Positions 1 to 9,996 of a stretch of 64,000 nt of DNA are shown here, in pieces (positions within the stretch are counted from its first letter, which is position 1; every line of letters starts with the position of its first letter). A program made the position numbers and the translations under genes. The DNA is taken from positions 32,001-96,000 of the forward strand of contig CAWCDG010000006.1 of NCBI GenBank assembly GCA_963794325.1, given 5' to 3'. This stretch comes from an uncultured delta proteobacterium (lineage in GTDB: Bacteria; Desulfobacterota; Binatia; Binatales; Binataceae). Under the pieces are notes generated by a model. It ran no database searches. It was not told where the DNA came from and saw nothing but the letters and a program-made list of their open reading frames with translations.

Positions 1-38
1 TGGTTTTCCTCCGGGGCGTGCCGTAATCGGCAACGGGT

Positions 39-920
39 TTAGCGAGGTGGCGGAATCAAAGCACCCTTCTCATCATACACATAAAATCCACGGCCGGATT
101 TGCGGCCGAGATAGCCGGCATCAACGTATTTCTTCAGCAGCGGGCATGGACGGTACTTGTCGTCGCCGAGCACCCGATGCATCACCTCCATGATCGCCAG
201 GCAGGTGTCGAGCCCAATCAGGTCCGCGAGCTCGAGCGGACCCATCGGCTGATTGGTGCCAAGCTTCATCGCAGTGTCGATATCGGTCACGCCGCCGACC
301 CCTTCGTACATCGTGTAAATCGCTTCGTTGATCATCGGCAGCAGCACGCGATTGACGATGAATCCCGGAAAATCCTGCGCGGTCATGGTGGTCTTGCCGA
401 GCTGCTCGGCGAGCGTGCGCGTCTGCTGAAAGGTCGCTTCCGAGGTCGCCAGCCCGCGAATGATTTCGACCAGCTTCATCGCCGGCACCGGATTCATGAA
501 ATGCATCCCAATCACGCGGTCGGCACGCGAGGTCTTCGCGCCCATTTTGGTAATCGAAATCGACGACGTGTTCGAGGCGAAAATCGTTTCCGGCGGACAG
601 ACCTTGTCGAGCTTCTGCAGCAGCGCGATCTTCGCGTCCTCGTTTTCGATCACCGCCTCGATCACGAAGCCAACCTTGCCGAGGTCCTCGAGATTGGTGG
701 TGGTCTCGACGCGGCGCATCACGCGGTCGCGCTCTTCGGGCTTGAAGCGGCCGCGCTCGATCATGCGGTCTAGGTTGCGCGCGATCGAATCAACGCCGCG
801 CTTGCACATCTCAGGCGAGATATCATGCATCACGACCGCGAGCTCCGCCTGCGCCGCGACCTGCGCGATTCCCGCACCCATCTGCCCTGCCCCGATAACG
901 CCGATCTGATGCAAACTCAT
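39..920 (-). CDS. hbd: 3-hydroxybutyryl-CoA dehydrogenase
   Basis: GAGQMGAGIA Rossmann motif, ASNTSS, GMHFMNP, PGFIVNR, PMGPLELADLIGLD; start placed at MSLHQ. Confidence 0.92.
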   Translation of the reverse strand: MSLHQIGVIGAGQMGAGIAQVAAQAELAVVMHDISPEMCKRGVDSIARNLDRMIERGRFKPEERDRVMRRVETTTNLEDLGKVGFVIEAVIENEDAKIALLQKLDKVCPPETIFASNTSSISITKMGAKTSRADRVIGMHFMNPVPAMKLVEIIRGLATSEATFQQTRTLAEQLGKTTMTAQDFPGFIVNRVLLPMINEAIYTMYEGVGGVTDIDTAMKLGTNQPMGPLELADLIGLDTCLAIMEVMHRVLGDDKYRPCPLLKKYVDAGYLGRKSGRGFYVYDEKGALIPPPR

Positions 921-949
921 TGGTGTCTCCGAAAACAATTCCGCGCGAT

Positions 950-1228
950 CTAGAGGTACGGGATATAATTCTTGAGCGAGCTAAGCAACGCAGCAACGTC
1001 AGCCTCGTCGCCCAGGTCGCGGCACAAAATCTCGTAGTAACCTTTGATGCGCCCGCGCTCCTGATTCTCGGGCGCTTCCGCCAGCATCGCCTGGAAGTCT
1101 TTGAGGATCGCCTGCGCTTCGAGCTTTTTCTTTACCGGGATCGCCTCGTCATCGACCGCAATCAGCAACCGGATGTGATCGATCATCCGATTCATCACGG
1201 CAAAATCGCTGCGATCTTTTTCCACCAT
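950..1228 (-). CDS. hypothetical protein (small, helical)
   Basis: 92-aa ORF in a tight co-directional run with its neighbours. Confidence 0.7.
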   Translation of the reverse strand: MVEKDRSDFAVMNRMIDHIRLLIAVDDEAIPVKKKLEAQAILKDFQAMLAEAPENQERGRIKGYYEILCRDLGDEADVAALLSSLKNYIPYL

Positions 1229-1248
1229 CGACTAGTGATGCTCCGGGG

Positions 1249-1611
1249 CTAATGATGCTCCGGCGGTTCCTCGCCGCCGACCCAGGTACCCGCGCCGCCG
1301 CCGCTGCGCATCGCGGTGCGCACCTTCATCACGTCCTCGGGCGACTGGCGGCCAGGCATCCCGAGGTTGCGCATCAGGACGTTCGTCATGTTCGAAGTCA
1401 GCCGGTCGCGGATAGTAGGCGCGTCACCGACTTGAGCGTCGAGCACCACGTCAACCTGCTCCCGGGTCAGACCTTCCGCGACAAAGATATCGACCAGCCC
1501 GGCCAGTCCGACTTCACCACCTGCGCGGTCGACAATCGCGACGACTTTTGCACATGGCGAGCAGACCCGTCGGAGGAAACCCGCCCGCTCGGTGCAATAC
1601 ACGCATCGCAT
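1249..1611 (-). CDS. hypothetical protein with N-terminal CxxC..CxxC (possible Zn ribbon)
   Basis: CVYC and CSPC motifs; co-directional with hbd. Confidence 0.7.
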   Translation of the reverse strand: MRCVYCTERAGFLRRVCSPCAKVVAIVDRAGGEVGLAGLVDIFVAEGLTREQVDVVLDAQVGDAPTIRDRLTSNMTNVLMRNLGMPGRQSPEDVMKVRTAMRSGGGAGTWVGGEEPPEHH

Positions 1612-1776
1612 CTTAAGATTTACCGCAAAGAGTCCCGAAAAAGCTTGAAGCGGCTGTGCGCACGAAAAATCGGCGCGCCCGCTTCATTTTTGAGGCTACT
1701 ACCGGCTCTAAATTGCCGCAAGCATGAAGCGACGAGCGTCATTGACAGGGCGAACTGGCTGGACTAAATTCGGAAT

Positions 1777-1791
1777 TGAGAATCATTCTCA
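1777..1791. promoter_or_regulatory. Fur-box-like operator (7-1-7)
   Basis: Perfect palindrome TGAGAAT-C-ATTCTCA, similar to TGATAATnATTATCA, just upstream of an iron permease. Confidence 0.8.
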
Positions 1792-1818
1792 GAATTCACT
1801 GAAAAACTGAAATAACTC

Positions 1819-2664
1819 ATGACGCATACTGCTATCGCCTACTTTTTCTACTCGCTTGGCATCCTCTTTCGCGAGGGAATGGAGGCGATGCTCGTCGTTG
1901 TTGCGCTTGCAGCCGGTACGCGTGGCGAGGGACGAATCGGCCGCTCGCGCGACATCTATGCGGGCGCGATTGCAGCTATATTCGCCAGCATCATGCTCGC
2001 GTGGGCGGTCAATCATCTAATCACCGACGACGCCAGCGACACGCTCGAAGGCGTCTTTCAACTGTTCGCCGCCGCTACCCTTTTCTACGTCAGCTCGTGG
2101 ATGACCTCGAAGGGACAAGCCGACCGCTGGATGAAGTTTATTTCGCACAAGCTCGCGGACGCCGAGCACAGCAAGATTCCTGGCATCGCGCTCGGGCTGA
2201 CCGCGTTTCTGGCCGTGATGCGCGAGGGCGCGGAGACGATCGTGTTCTTCCAGGCGCTAACCAACGGCGCGACTGGAATCGGCGAGCGTCATGCAGTTGC
2301 GGCCGGCGTCGTCGCGGCTGCGGTCGCGCTCGCCGTGACATTCGTCGTCGTACAACGCGCTGCCGATCGAATCCCGATGCGGCTCTTCTTCCACACGACA
2401 TCTTTCATGCTCTACGCGTTGGCGATCGTGTTTATCGGCCAAGGTGTCGCGAGCTTGCAGGAAGCCTCGGTGGTGCCGGCGACCTTCGTGAACTACGCGC
2501 CGACGATCCCGATGCTCGGTCTGTTCCCGACTGTTCAATCGCTCGGCGCACAGGCGGTTCTGCTGATACTGGCAGCGGCGTACGTGTTCGTTCCGCGCAG
2601 CACCCCAACGACGCCAGTCAGGGTAGCTGAGCAGGCGGAGTTGCAGCGGGCGCGCCAGGCCTGA
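1819..2664 (+). CDS. FTR1/EfeU family iron permease
   Basis: Two REGxE motifs (REGME, REGAE) and multiple TM helices. Confidence 0.92.
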   Translation: MTHTAIAYFFYSLGILFREGMEAMLVVVALAAGTRGEGRIGRSRDIYAGAIAAIFASIMLAWAVNHLITDDASDTLEGVFQLFAAATLFYVSSWMTSKGQADRWMKFISHKLADAEHSKIPGIALGLTAFLAVMREGAETIVFFQALTNGATGIGERHAVAAGVVAAAVALAVTFVVVQRAADRIPMRLFFHTTSFMLYALAIVFIGQGVASLQEASVVPATFVNYAPTIPMLGLFPTVQSLGAQAVLLILAAAYVFVPRSTPTTPVRVAEQAELQRARQA

Positions 2665-3067
2665 GCGCAGGCGCCTCTGCGACAGAGTCTTCACCGCCAA
2701 ACAGTACGCCCTCGACGTCGGAACTCAGCTTCTCGGAAATCACCAGCGCTCGAAATCCCATCCGCGTGCATTGATCGACCATCGGATCGCGCGCGACCGC
2801 ACTGTGACGAACGCGCCTCAACACGACGCGCAAATCATTTGTGCGATCGAGCAATGTCGATAACCGCGCCATTACGATCGCGGTTGAATTGCCCCCGCCG
2901 GCCGCGAGATCGAGCGCCAACGATTCCGCATGCTCGGAGTCGGCGAGCGCATGAAGCGCAGTTTTGATTTCGGTGCATGCGGCGCCGGCATCACTCTCAG
3001 GCCCCGGCGATGAATCTGCAGCGCGAGTCGTGTGAATGGTGGCAAGCAGGACGCCGGCAACAATCAC
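2618..3067 (-). CDS. hypothetical exported helical protein
   Basis: Likely GTG start with signal-like VIVAGVLLATIHTTRAA; follows the ferredoxin gene; overlaps the FTR1 3' end. Confidence 0.5.
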   Translation of the reverse strand: MIVAGVLLATIHTTRAADSSPGPESDAGAACTEIKTALHALADSEHAESLALDLAAGGGNSTAIVMARLSTLLDRTNDLRVVLRRVRHSAVARDPMVDQCTRMGFRALVISEKLSSDVEGVLFGGEDSVAEAPALRPGAPAATPPAQLP

Positions 3068-3090
3068 AACCCGCGTGGATACTGAAAAAA

Positions 3091-3564
3091 CTAGGCGGCG
3101 TTTTCCTCGCCAGTCTCGTAACCGATCGAGGTCAGGAACGCCTCCTTCTGGCCGGACGGCATAATGTAGATCCCGTCCCATCCGCAAACCTCTTCGCAGA
3201 GCAGGCATCCGACGCAGGTCTTTTCGTTGACCTGCACCTTGCCGAGATAGACCGCCGTGTTTTCCGGCGACGGCGAGATGCAATCGAACGGGCAAACGTC
3301 AACGCATACGCCGCATCCGTTGCAGTTGTCGGGATGGACGACGGCAACCGGGCGCTCGGCGCGCTTGAGCACGTGGGTTATCTCGCCGTGATTGTTCATG
3401 ATCGCGTCGTCGGGGCAAATCACGCCGCACGCGCCGCAATCGATACACATCGCGGCTTCGATGTAATAAACCTTTTTCGACAGACCCGAGATGGCGCCGG
3501 TTGGGCAACGCTTTTCGCACGCGCTGCATCCGGTGCAATTCTCGGCGATAATCTCAAATGGCAT
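3091..3564 (-). CDS. polyferredoxin, 4x[4Fe-4S]
   Basis: Four CxxCxxCxxxC motifs: CTGCSACEKRC, CIDCGACGVIC, CNGCGVCVDVC, CVGCLLCEEVC. Confidence 0.92.
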   Translation of the reverse strand: MPFEIIAENCTGCSACEKRCPTGAISGLSKKVYYIEAAMCIDCGACGVICPDDAIMNNHGEITHVLKRAERPVAVVHPDNCNGCGVCVDVCPFDCISPSPENTAVYLGKVQVNEKTCVGCLLCEEVCGWDGIYIMPSGQKEAFLTSIGYETGEENAA

Positions 3565-3573
3565 GCTGGTGGC

Positions 3574-3756
3574 CTACTTCCTCATCTCGTCGATAATCCG
3601 TTCGCGATGCCCATGCTCGATCAACTGATCGTTGCGCCGAGCCTGCTTGAGCGCGATGTAAGTGAAAAACATCACGAGGATCATCATCGCGATGATCGGG
3701 ATGTTATCGGGAACGGTTAGGATTTCGAGAAACTGTTGAAACCCGGTAATTTGCAC
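3574..3756 (-). CDS. small membrane protein resembling the N-terminal PDNxPI segment of cytochrome bc subunit IV-like proteins
   Basis: EILTVPDNIPIIAMMILVMFFTYIALKQARRND; one TM helix; 9 bp from the ferredoxin gene. Confidence 0.7.
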   Translation of the reverse strand: MQITGFQQFLEILTVPDNIPIIAMMILVMFFTYIALKQARRNDQLIEHGHRERIIDEMRK

Positions 3757-3963
3757 GCTTGAACCCTCGCCACTCGACGTTATCTACAACCAGATGTACC
3801 AACCCCATTAGCCAGCGTCAACTTTGATGGGGCGACGGATGCGTATTGCTAATCGCATCACCAGCGCCGCAGTTGGACTTGAACACGCACTCAGTTCCTC
3901 TGGACGATACACCACTGGCTCTCCAGCCGCGGGCCTCCGAGACCGGGTAGTTCCATCGGTTCT

Positions 3964-4617
3964 TTATGCATTTCGAATAAGGCTGGCCAAAAGGACCACA
4001 AGAAGGGCGCCTTCGACTAAAACAATTGCACCTATCGACGCTGTGAGACACAGGAGGTCACTTGTACCAAAGATGTGAATGTTCTTTACAGCTTCCATTG
4101 CTACATACGTTATGGGCCCGAAGACGAACGTCATCAGGCAGAGCGTGACTACAATGTAGCTAATGATCTTTCCGGGGAAACCACCCATTTCGCGAAGGAC
4201 AAAAAGGCCCAAGACAAAGTCACTCGGAAGCCGGAGCTCATGTAGTCCAGTCTTACCAATAATCGGATAGCGAGAAATACTCAGGTAGTCGTACACCCCC
4301 CGCTGCAAGAGACGCATGTATCCTACGACCGACGTGGCCGCAAGCAACGCGGCTGGAACGACAAGAAATACGCGCCTGAAGAGCGAAGCATCGTGAACTG
4401 CGATTCCGTAGACGGAAACATCCGTGCTCTTTCCATAGACAACCAAATAGTATGTCACCAAAGCGCCGATGGTTAGTGCTTGATAGCTAAGGAACTGACG
4501 ATTGCTCGAGGCAAGGCTCTCGCGGACATCAGCGAGGAACTTGTCCAGCTGCGCCTCGTTATGCTCCTCGTCCAGAATTTGCCGAACGCGCTCTAGTAGA
4601 TCCAAAGCCACCCTCAT
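3964..4617 (-). CDS. hypothetical integral membrane protein (lower GC, probably acquired)
   Basis: About 4 hydrophobic segments; visibly AT-richer than flanks. Confidence 0.65.
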   Translation of the reverse strand: MRVALDLLERVRQILDEEHNEAQLDKFLADVRESLASSNRQFLSYQALTIGALVTYYLVVYGKSTDVSVYGIAVHDASLFRRVFLVVPAALLAATSVVGYMRLLQRGVYDYLSISRYPIIGKTGLHELRLPSDFVLGLFVLREMGGFPGKIISYIVVTLCLMTFVFGPITYVAMEAVKNIHIFGTSDLLCLTASIGAIVLVEGALLVVLLASLIRNA

Positions 4618-5149
4618 AGGGTTACGGGGCAAGCGGATGTTTTCAAGTCCTGATCGCGGGCAACTACCGCAATTCCGGCTCCTCCAGCAGCATGGACTTT
4701 GTACACTCTTGTGACAGCGTGCCGAGTGCCTAAATCGGACTGGCGAAGCTCTTTCGTGACGCTGCTCCCGAGCTGACTGTCCCTTCAGGCGAAAATCCCG
4801 ACAGTCGCAGGCTTCGTCTTATACCGCTGGCTGCGCCGGGCGGCGTTTTCGACCTTGCGTGGAGTGGTCGCAAAGCTTCTATCGGCGTTCCAGACTGGGA
4901 TCGCGTAATGGCGCACATGCTGACGACAGACGGTTCTTCAAAGAACTGAAAGCACGTTCGCATCCTTGCCTGTAAACTGAACAAAGTCCGACGATGAAAT
5001 TCGTCGGGCGGCTCTGGCGTCGATCGACTGCCACATCCACTTCTTGCCTTTGCCAGTCTTTGTAGACGTACCGCTGGCCAAATTTCGGGCCGTGTTTTTC
5101 GATCAACCGCGGGACGCCGCAAACTTTTATCTCGTGCAGGGAGGCCCCA

Positions 5150-5437
5150 ATGCGAATTTTAGTGGCCGTTTTTACACTGATGGTGTTTGCTTCGAGCGCG
5201 CGCGCCAATTGCGTCACCAACGAGCGTGGGCGGGTCGTGTGCAGCAATGGAGAAGACGCCGGCGGATATAACTCCAGGACCGGCACCGCCTGGAAATCGA
5301 CGAAAAACCAGAATGGAGTCGCTACCACTCAGACGAGCAGAGGCGGAACGGCCAAGACAAAAAATGGCAAGGGTGTATATCAGAGTCCCAATGGCAAAAA
5401 CTGTTACAAGACCGCAAACAGCCACGGCTGCAATTGA
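5150..5437 (+). CDS. small secreted Cys/Gly/Thr-rich protein
   Basis: GGAGG RBS, signal peptide ending ARA, four Cys. Confidence 0.7.
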   Translation: MRILVAVFTLMVFASSARANCVTNERGRVVCSNGEDAGGYNSRTGTAWKSTKNQNGVATTQTSRGGTAKTKNGKGVYQSPNGKNCYKTANSHGCN

Positions 5438-5492
5438 AGTGCCCCAGACGAGCGGAAATTTAACCGATACGGACGAGCGGGAGGAACGACCG

Positions 5493-5960
5493 ATGAACAC
5501 TCACGGGTTGAAGCGATCGGCTATCATCGCGACCTTGGCGCTACTGCTGGCCTGCGCGACTGAATCGCGGGCACAACTTAGCAGCTATATTCCGGCAGTC
5601 CCGCAGGCGCCGCAGACGCTCACTTCGACAGCGCCGCAGCAAGCGGCCGCGGCACTCACCGGCGATCAGCAATCGGCGGCGAACAGTGCGTTATGCTCGG
5701 CGATTGGGAGTCATTTTCCGAATCCCGCCTCTGCCGGTCCATCCGCGTTAAGCGACCCGACCGTTATGACCACGGCGGCTTCGTCATTCGCTGGCAGCAC
5801 GAAACTTCCGCTCTCCAGCGCTACCGATATGCTGAAAGGCTATGTGGCGCAGCATGCCACCGACATCCTCGCTTCGTGCGCTACCACCAACGCCACGAGC
5901 GGCTTGACCTCGAAGATTCCCGGGGCCGGAAGTCTGCCCTCGGTTCCCAACATGCCCTAA
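5493..5960 (+). CDS. hypothetical secreted protein
   Basis: GGAGG RBS, signal peptide MNTHGLKRSAIIATLALLLAC. Confidence 0.65.
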   Translation: MNTHGLKRSAIIATLALLLACATESRAQLSSYIPAVPQAPQTLTSTAPQQAAAALTGDQQSAANSALCSAIGSHFPNPASAGPSALSDPTVMTTAASSFAGSTKLPLSSATDMLKGYVAQHATDILASCATTNATSGLTSKIPGAGSLPSVPNMP

Positions 5961-6021
5961 GTTAGACGATCGATCGACGCGCTTGCAGGGCGGCGCTGCG
6001 TGCGGGCAGAGTATTTGTGGC

Positions 6022-6780
6022 ATGGCTAGTCATCCACAAGCTTCATCTTATACCGCGGCTCCGCATCGCGGGATCTTCAACCTTGCGTGGGGAGTTGTTG
6101 CGACAGTTTTGTCGGCGGCATGGACGATGATCTGCGCGACCGGGGCGGCGCTATCAGCCCTGATGAACAAGCCGCATTGGGTCACCGCGGTCACTCGGGC
6201 GTGGGGGCGCGGGATAATTGGGGTTTGCGGAATCAAGGTGGAAATCGAGGGGCTTGAGAATCTTACCGGGCTCGATCACTACGTTCTCGTTTCCAATCAC
6301 CAGAGCTTCTTTGACACCTTCGCGATCGCCGGCTTCATGCCGGGCGATCCTCGTTTCGTCGCCAAGAAAGAACTGCTCAAAATTCCGATCGTCGGCTTCG
6401 CGATGCAGCGCGGCGGGCACATCCTCATCGACCGCGAGAGTGGAGGCAAGGCAATCCGCAAGGCGATTCAGATCATCCGCAGCGGCCTCGACGTCTGCGT
6501 CTACGCCGAGGGCCATCGCTACAACGATGGCCACGTGCACGAGTTCGAAGACGGCGCGGCGTGGCTCGCGATCCTGTCAAAGTTGCCGGCGGTACCGATG
6601 TCGATAAACGGCTCAGGCCGCTTCTATCCGCGCGGCGCGATATTCGTGACGCCGGGCCTCACGATGCGCATGCGGATCGGCAAGCCGATTCCCACGGAAA
6701 ATATGCGCAGCCGTGACCGCACCGAGCTGACTCGCCGACTCGAAGAATCGGTACGCGCGACGTTCACCACCGAAGTCTGA
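6022..6780 (+). CDS. plsC: 1-acyl-sn-glycerol-3-phosphate acyltransferase
   Basis: NHQSFFD (NHxxxD), FVAKKEL, YAEGHR motifs. Confidence 0.88.
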   Translation: MASHPQASSYTAAPHRGIFNLAWGVVATVLSAAWTMICATGAALSALMNKPHWVTAVTRAWGRGIIGVCGIKVEIEGLENLTGLDHYVLVSNHQSFFDTFAIAGFMPGDPRFVAKKELLKIPIVGFAMQRGGHILIDRESGGKAIRKAIQIIRSGLDVCVYAEGHRYNDGHVHEFEDGAAWLAILSKLPAVPMSINGSGRFYPRGAIFVTPGLTMRMRIGKPIPTENMRSRDRTELTRRLEESVRATFTTEV

Positions 6781-6846
6781 GTTTCCTGTTGCCCTGACGG
6801 GCGCGGACGTGGCAGATCGATCATGGCGTCCGAGGAGGATCGAATC

Positions 6847-8437
6847 ATGGCAGCCGCATCGATGCCCAAAGAGTCATCTGCGTATCCAGTGGTAGAAACC
6901 GCTTGCGGTAAGGTTCGCGGGGTTGCCGCGAACAACGTCAGCAGCTTCAAGGGGATTCCGTATGGCGCTTCGACCGCCGGGCGCAATCGCTTCATGCCAC
7001 CGGTCGCGCCCGTCGCCTTGGGCGGGCGTGCGCGATGCGCTCAGCTATGGCCCCACTGCGCCGCAGAATCCGTCGTCGATGCGCGGCTTGGTCGATCCGC
7101 GTAGCGGGTTCGCGGCATACGGCGATCCCGACGGCATCATCGAAAGTGAGGATTGCCTCGTCCTCAACGTCTGGACCAGTGATGCGAGCGAAAGTCGTCA
7201 GCGGCCGGTAATGGTCTGGCTGCATGGCGGCGGCTTCCAGGCTAGCTCGGGCTCGCCGCCGATCTATGACGGAAGCAATCTGGTGCGGCGCGGCGACGTG
7301 GTTGTCGTCAGCGTAAATCATCGGCTCGGCGCCTTGGGCTACACGTTTTTTGCCGGCGTCGGCGGTGACGATTTCAGTTCGGCGCGCAATGTTGGAAATC
7401 TGGATTTGATCGCGGCGCTGGAATGGGTCCGCGACAATATCGCGAAGTTTGGCGGCGATCCGCGCACGGTGACAATCTTCGGTGAGTCGGGTGGCGGGCA
7501 GAAAGTCTCGACGCTGCTCGCGATGCCGGCGGCGAAAAATCTTTTTCATCGCGCAGTGGTTCAGAGCGGCCCGGGATTCAGAATGAACAAGCCCGAGCAC
7601 GGGGCGAAGGTCGCCGAAATGCTGCTGACTGAGCTGGCCCTCAGCCGCGCGCAACTCCGTGAAGCGCAGACGGTAGTGGTCGAGCGCATCGTGGCAGCGC
7701 AAGCCGCGGTGCAGAGTAAGCTCGCGGCGCGCGTCCCGGGATTCATCCAGGGTTTCTCGCCGGTTGTCGACGGCGCCACCCTGCCGACCCATCCGTTCGA
7801 TCCCGCCGCGCCCGACGTTTCCGCCGGTGTGCCTCTGATCATCGGCTACAACCGCACTGAAATGACACTATTCGCCGCCGGCGATCTAAAAGCTTTCTCA
7901 CTCGATGAAGATGGGCTACACAAGCGAGCGGGTCGCCTGCTTGGACCCACTGCAGACAGCGTGATCGAGATTTTCCGCAAGGAAAATCCCGGCGCGAGTC
8001 CGTCAGAGTTGATGTTCCTGATCGGTACCGAATATCCAACCGCCGCCTATTCCAGAAAGATTGCCGAGCGCAAGGCGGCGGCGGACGGCGCGTCTGCGTA
8101 TCTCTACCGATTCGATTGGGAGACTCCCATTGCAGGCGGCCGGCTCAAATCGCCGCATGCCCTCGAGATTCCGTTTGTGTTCGACAACACCGCGTTGGCT
8201 CCGCGCCTGGCGCCAGACCGGCCGGACGTCCACGCACTCGCGCATGCAATGAGCGATCGATGGATTGCGTTTGCACGCAGTGGAGATCCGAACACCGGCG
8301 AAACGCCTCGATGGCCGGCCTATAACGCGTCGGATCGCGCGACAATGATCTTCAACAGCGCATGCAGGGTCGAGAAAGATCCCAATCGCGCGGAACGGCA
8401 AGCGATCGACAACATCCTGTTCGCGCCGCGCACTTGA
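6847..8437 (+). CDS. type-B carboxylesterase (PnbA-like), interrupted by a +1 frameshift near 7010-7020
   Basis: N-terminus FKGIPYGA...RFMPP in one frame; SEDCLVLNVW, HGGG, GESGG continue in the next; span is 3n+1. Confidence 0.88.
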
Positions 8438-8446
8438 TCGAGCGCT

Positions 8447-8647
8447 TTACGAGAACAGATCGCCGACCAGATGGAACGGGTACATAATCACCGAGCCGAC
8501 ACCGTCGAGCACTGAGCCAACCGTGTTGGATGTGGAATTTGTTACCTCATTCGTGGTGTGCTCGGCCTGCTGCGACGCGCAACCTGAAGCGGCAAAAAGC
8601 GCTCCCGCGACCAATAAAACAGGCAGAATTTGTTTTTTCTTCGACAT
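8447..8647 (-). CDS. small lipoprotein
   Basis: Lipobox-like AASGC after a hydrophobic stretch; GGAG RBS. Confidence 0.7.
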   Translation of the reverse strand: MSKKKQILPVLLVAGALFAASGCASQQAEHTTNEVTNSTSNTVGSVLDGVGSVIMYPFHLVGDLFS

Positions 8648-8728
8648 AGGAAAATTCTCCATGAGACGAACTTTCGTTCGTCCATGTAAAATTGAGCAAA
8701 TCCTGTGCCCGCGACTGCTCAGTTCCGG

Positions 8729-9085
8729 TCAGGCTTTGCGATCGAAGATAAAGAGCGGAACCTGATTCGCGAATTTGGGATCGATCGTCAGGATACGGCG
8801 CCCTGACTCGATTTCAATTCCACCGGCATCGAGACCGGCGATGTGAAAATTCGCCACGACCTGATCGACGTCTTCCGCCTCGAGCCATAGACCGATCATT
8901 CCCTCGCTCGACGAGTCGATGGTGGCGCCGGCCACGAGACGAATCTCCGCGCCGCCGACTTTCACCGACGCCGATTTCCCGTCCGCCGACCGGGTTACTG
9001 AAAACCCGAAATTCTTTTCGTAGATCGAAGATGCGTCCGCGAGATCCGTGGTCGCGACTTCGAGAGTGTCGAGGCGCTTGATCAT
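8729..9085 (-). CDS. VOC/glyoxalase family protein
   Basis: LEVATTDLADASSIYEKNFGF and LEAEDVD patterns. Confidence 0.75.
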   Translation of the reverse strand: MIKRLDTLEVATTDLADASSIYEKNFGFSVTRSADGKSASVKVGGAEIRLVAGATIDSSSEGMIGLWLEAEDVDQVVANFHIAGLDAGGIEIESGRRILTIDPKFANQVPLFIFDRKA

Positions 9086-9125
9086 CGATCCGAATCTTAT
9101 TGCGATGCTTGCAATTCTACCAGAG

Positions 9126-9157
9126 AAAAAAAACGGGGCTGGATTTCTCCAGCCCCG
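9126..9157 (-). terminator. intrinsic terminator of the cytochrome operon
   Basis: CGGGGCTGGA/TCCAGCCCCG stem followed by a T8 tract on the minus strand. Confidence 0.85.
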
Positions 9158-9186
9158 CGCTATTCACGAGTCTTTCGCTTTTGCGA

Positions 9187-9897
9187 CTAGCCCTTTGGCT
9201 TCATCGAGAAATTCGTTGTCGCCGTCGCGCCGTCTTTCACGCTGGCTTTCTGATCGTCGGTGCCCAGCTTTTCCTGCCACACTTCGACAGTGTAATCGCC
9301 CGCCGGGACATCCTTGATCGTGTAGTTGCCCTTGTCATCGGTCACCGCGAAGTACGGAGTGTCGGTCGAGACCCACCATCCGTGCATCCAGCTGTGCGCA
9401 TCGCAGGTAACTTTGATCACTTCCGGCTTGTCGATTTTCTGCTCGATCACTTTCTTGAACTTGGGCTGCGCCATGTTGAACGAAGGATTCGCGGTCGAGT
9501 AGGTGTGGATGTTGTGCAGAATCCCGTCCGAGTTCACGATTTTCACGGTGCTGCCGGCCGGAAACGCGAGCACGTGCGGCACGTAGTCGCATCCCTTTTG
9601 ATCGAAGGTCACATCGCCGGGCTTCATATCGCCCTTGGCGCCCTTCACGATTACGACTGCGTTGGCGATTCCGCCGTCGCTGCCGACGATCAGGTCTTCC
9701 TGGAAGTGCTGATGAAGCCCGCAGACTTCCTTGTCCTTGGTCACTTCAACCGGCTTGGGCGCAGGCGCCGTGCCGTCATACTTCACCGTTCCGCTAATCG
9801 TGCCGCCGGCAGCGCTCGCGAGGCTGGCGCCGACGCTGATGCTGAGCGCGACACCGGCGCACGCCGCCAGTACAACTCGAATCTTTTTCATTACCAT
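9187..9897 (-). CDS. periplasmic carboxypeptidase-regulatory-like/cupredoxin-like protein
   Basis: Signal peptide; DQKGCDYVPHV, NSDGILHNIH, CDAHSWM motifs. Confidence 0.75.
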   Translation of the reverse strand: MVMKKIRVVLAACAGVALSISVGASLASAAGGTISGTVKYDGTAPAPKPVEVTKDKEVCGLHQHFQEDLIVGSDGGIANAVVIVKGAKGDMKPGDVTFDQKGCDYVPHVLAFPAGSTVKIVNSDGILHNIHTYSTANPSFNMAQPKFKKVIEQKIDKPEVIKVTCDAHSWMHGWWVSTDTPYFAVTDDKGNYTIKDVPAGDYTVEVWQEKLGTDDQKASVKDGATATTNFSMKPKG

Positions 9898-9996
9898 TTT
9901 CCTCCTGGGAAGTTCCTGGATATTTTCAACCGGTTAAACAAACTCTCACTTTAGCGAATACTCAGTTGCCAACTCAATCAGTTAGACATTAGCAAC

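Noticed and set aside
4730-5328. Minus-strand ORFs (with a QEVDVAVD motif) as a nuclease remnant
   Set aside because: Motif too short, overlaps a better + strand gene, and has no other support.
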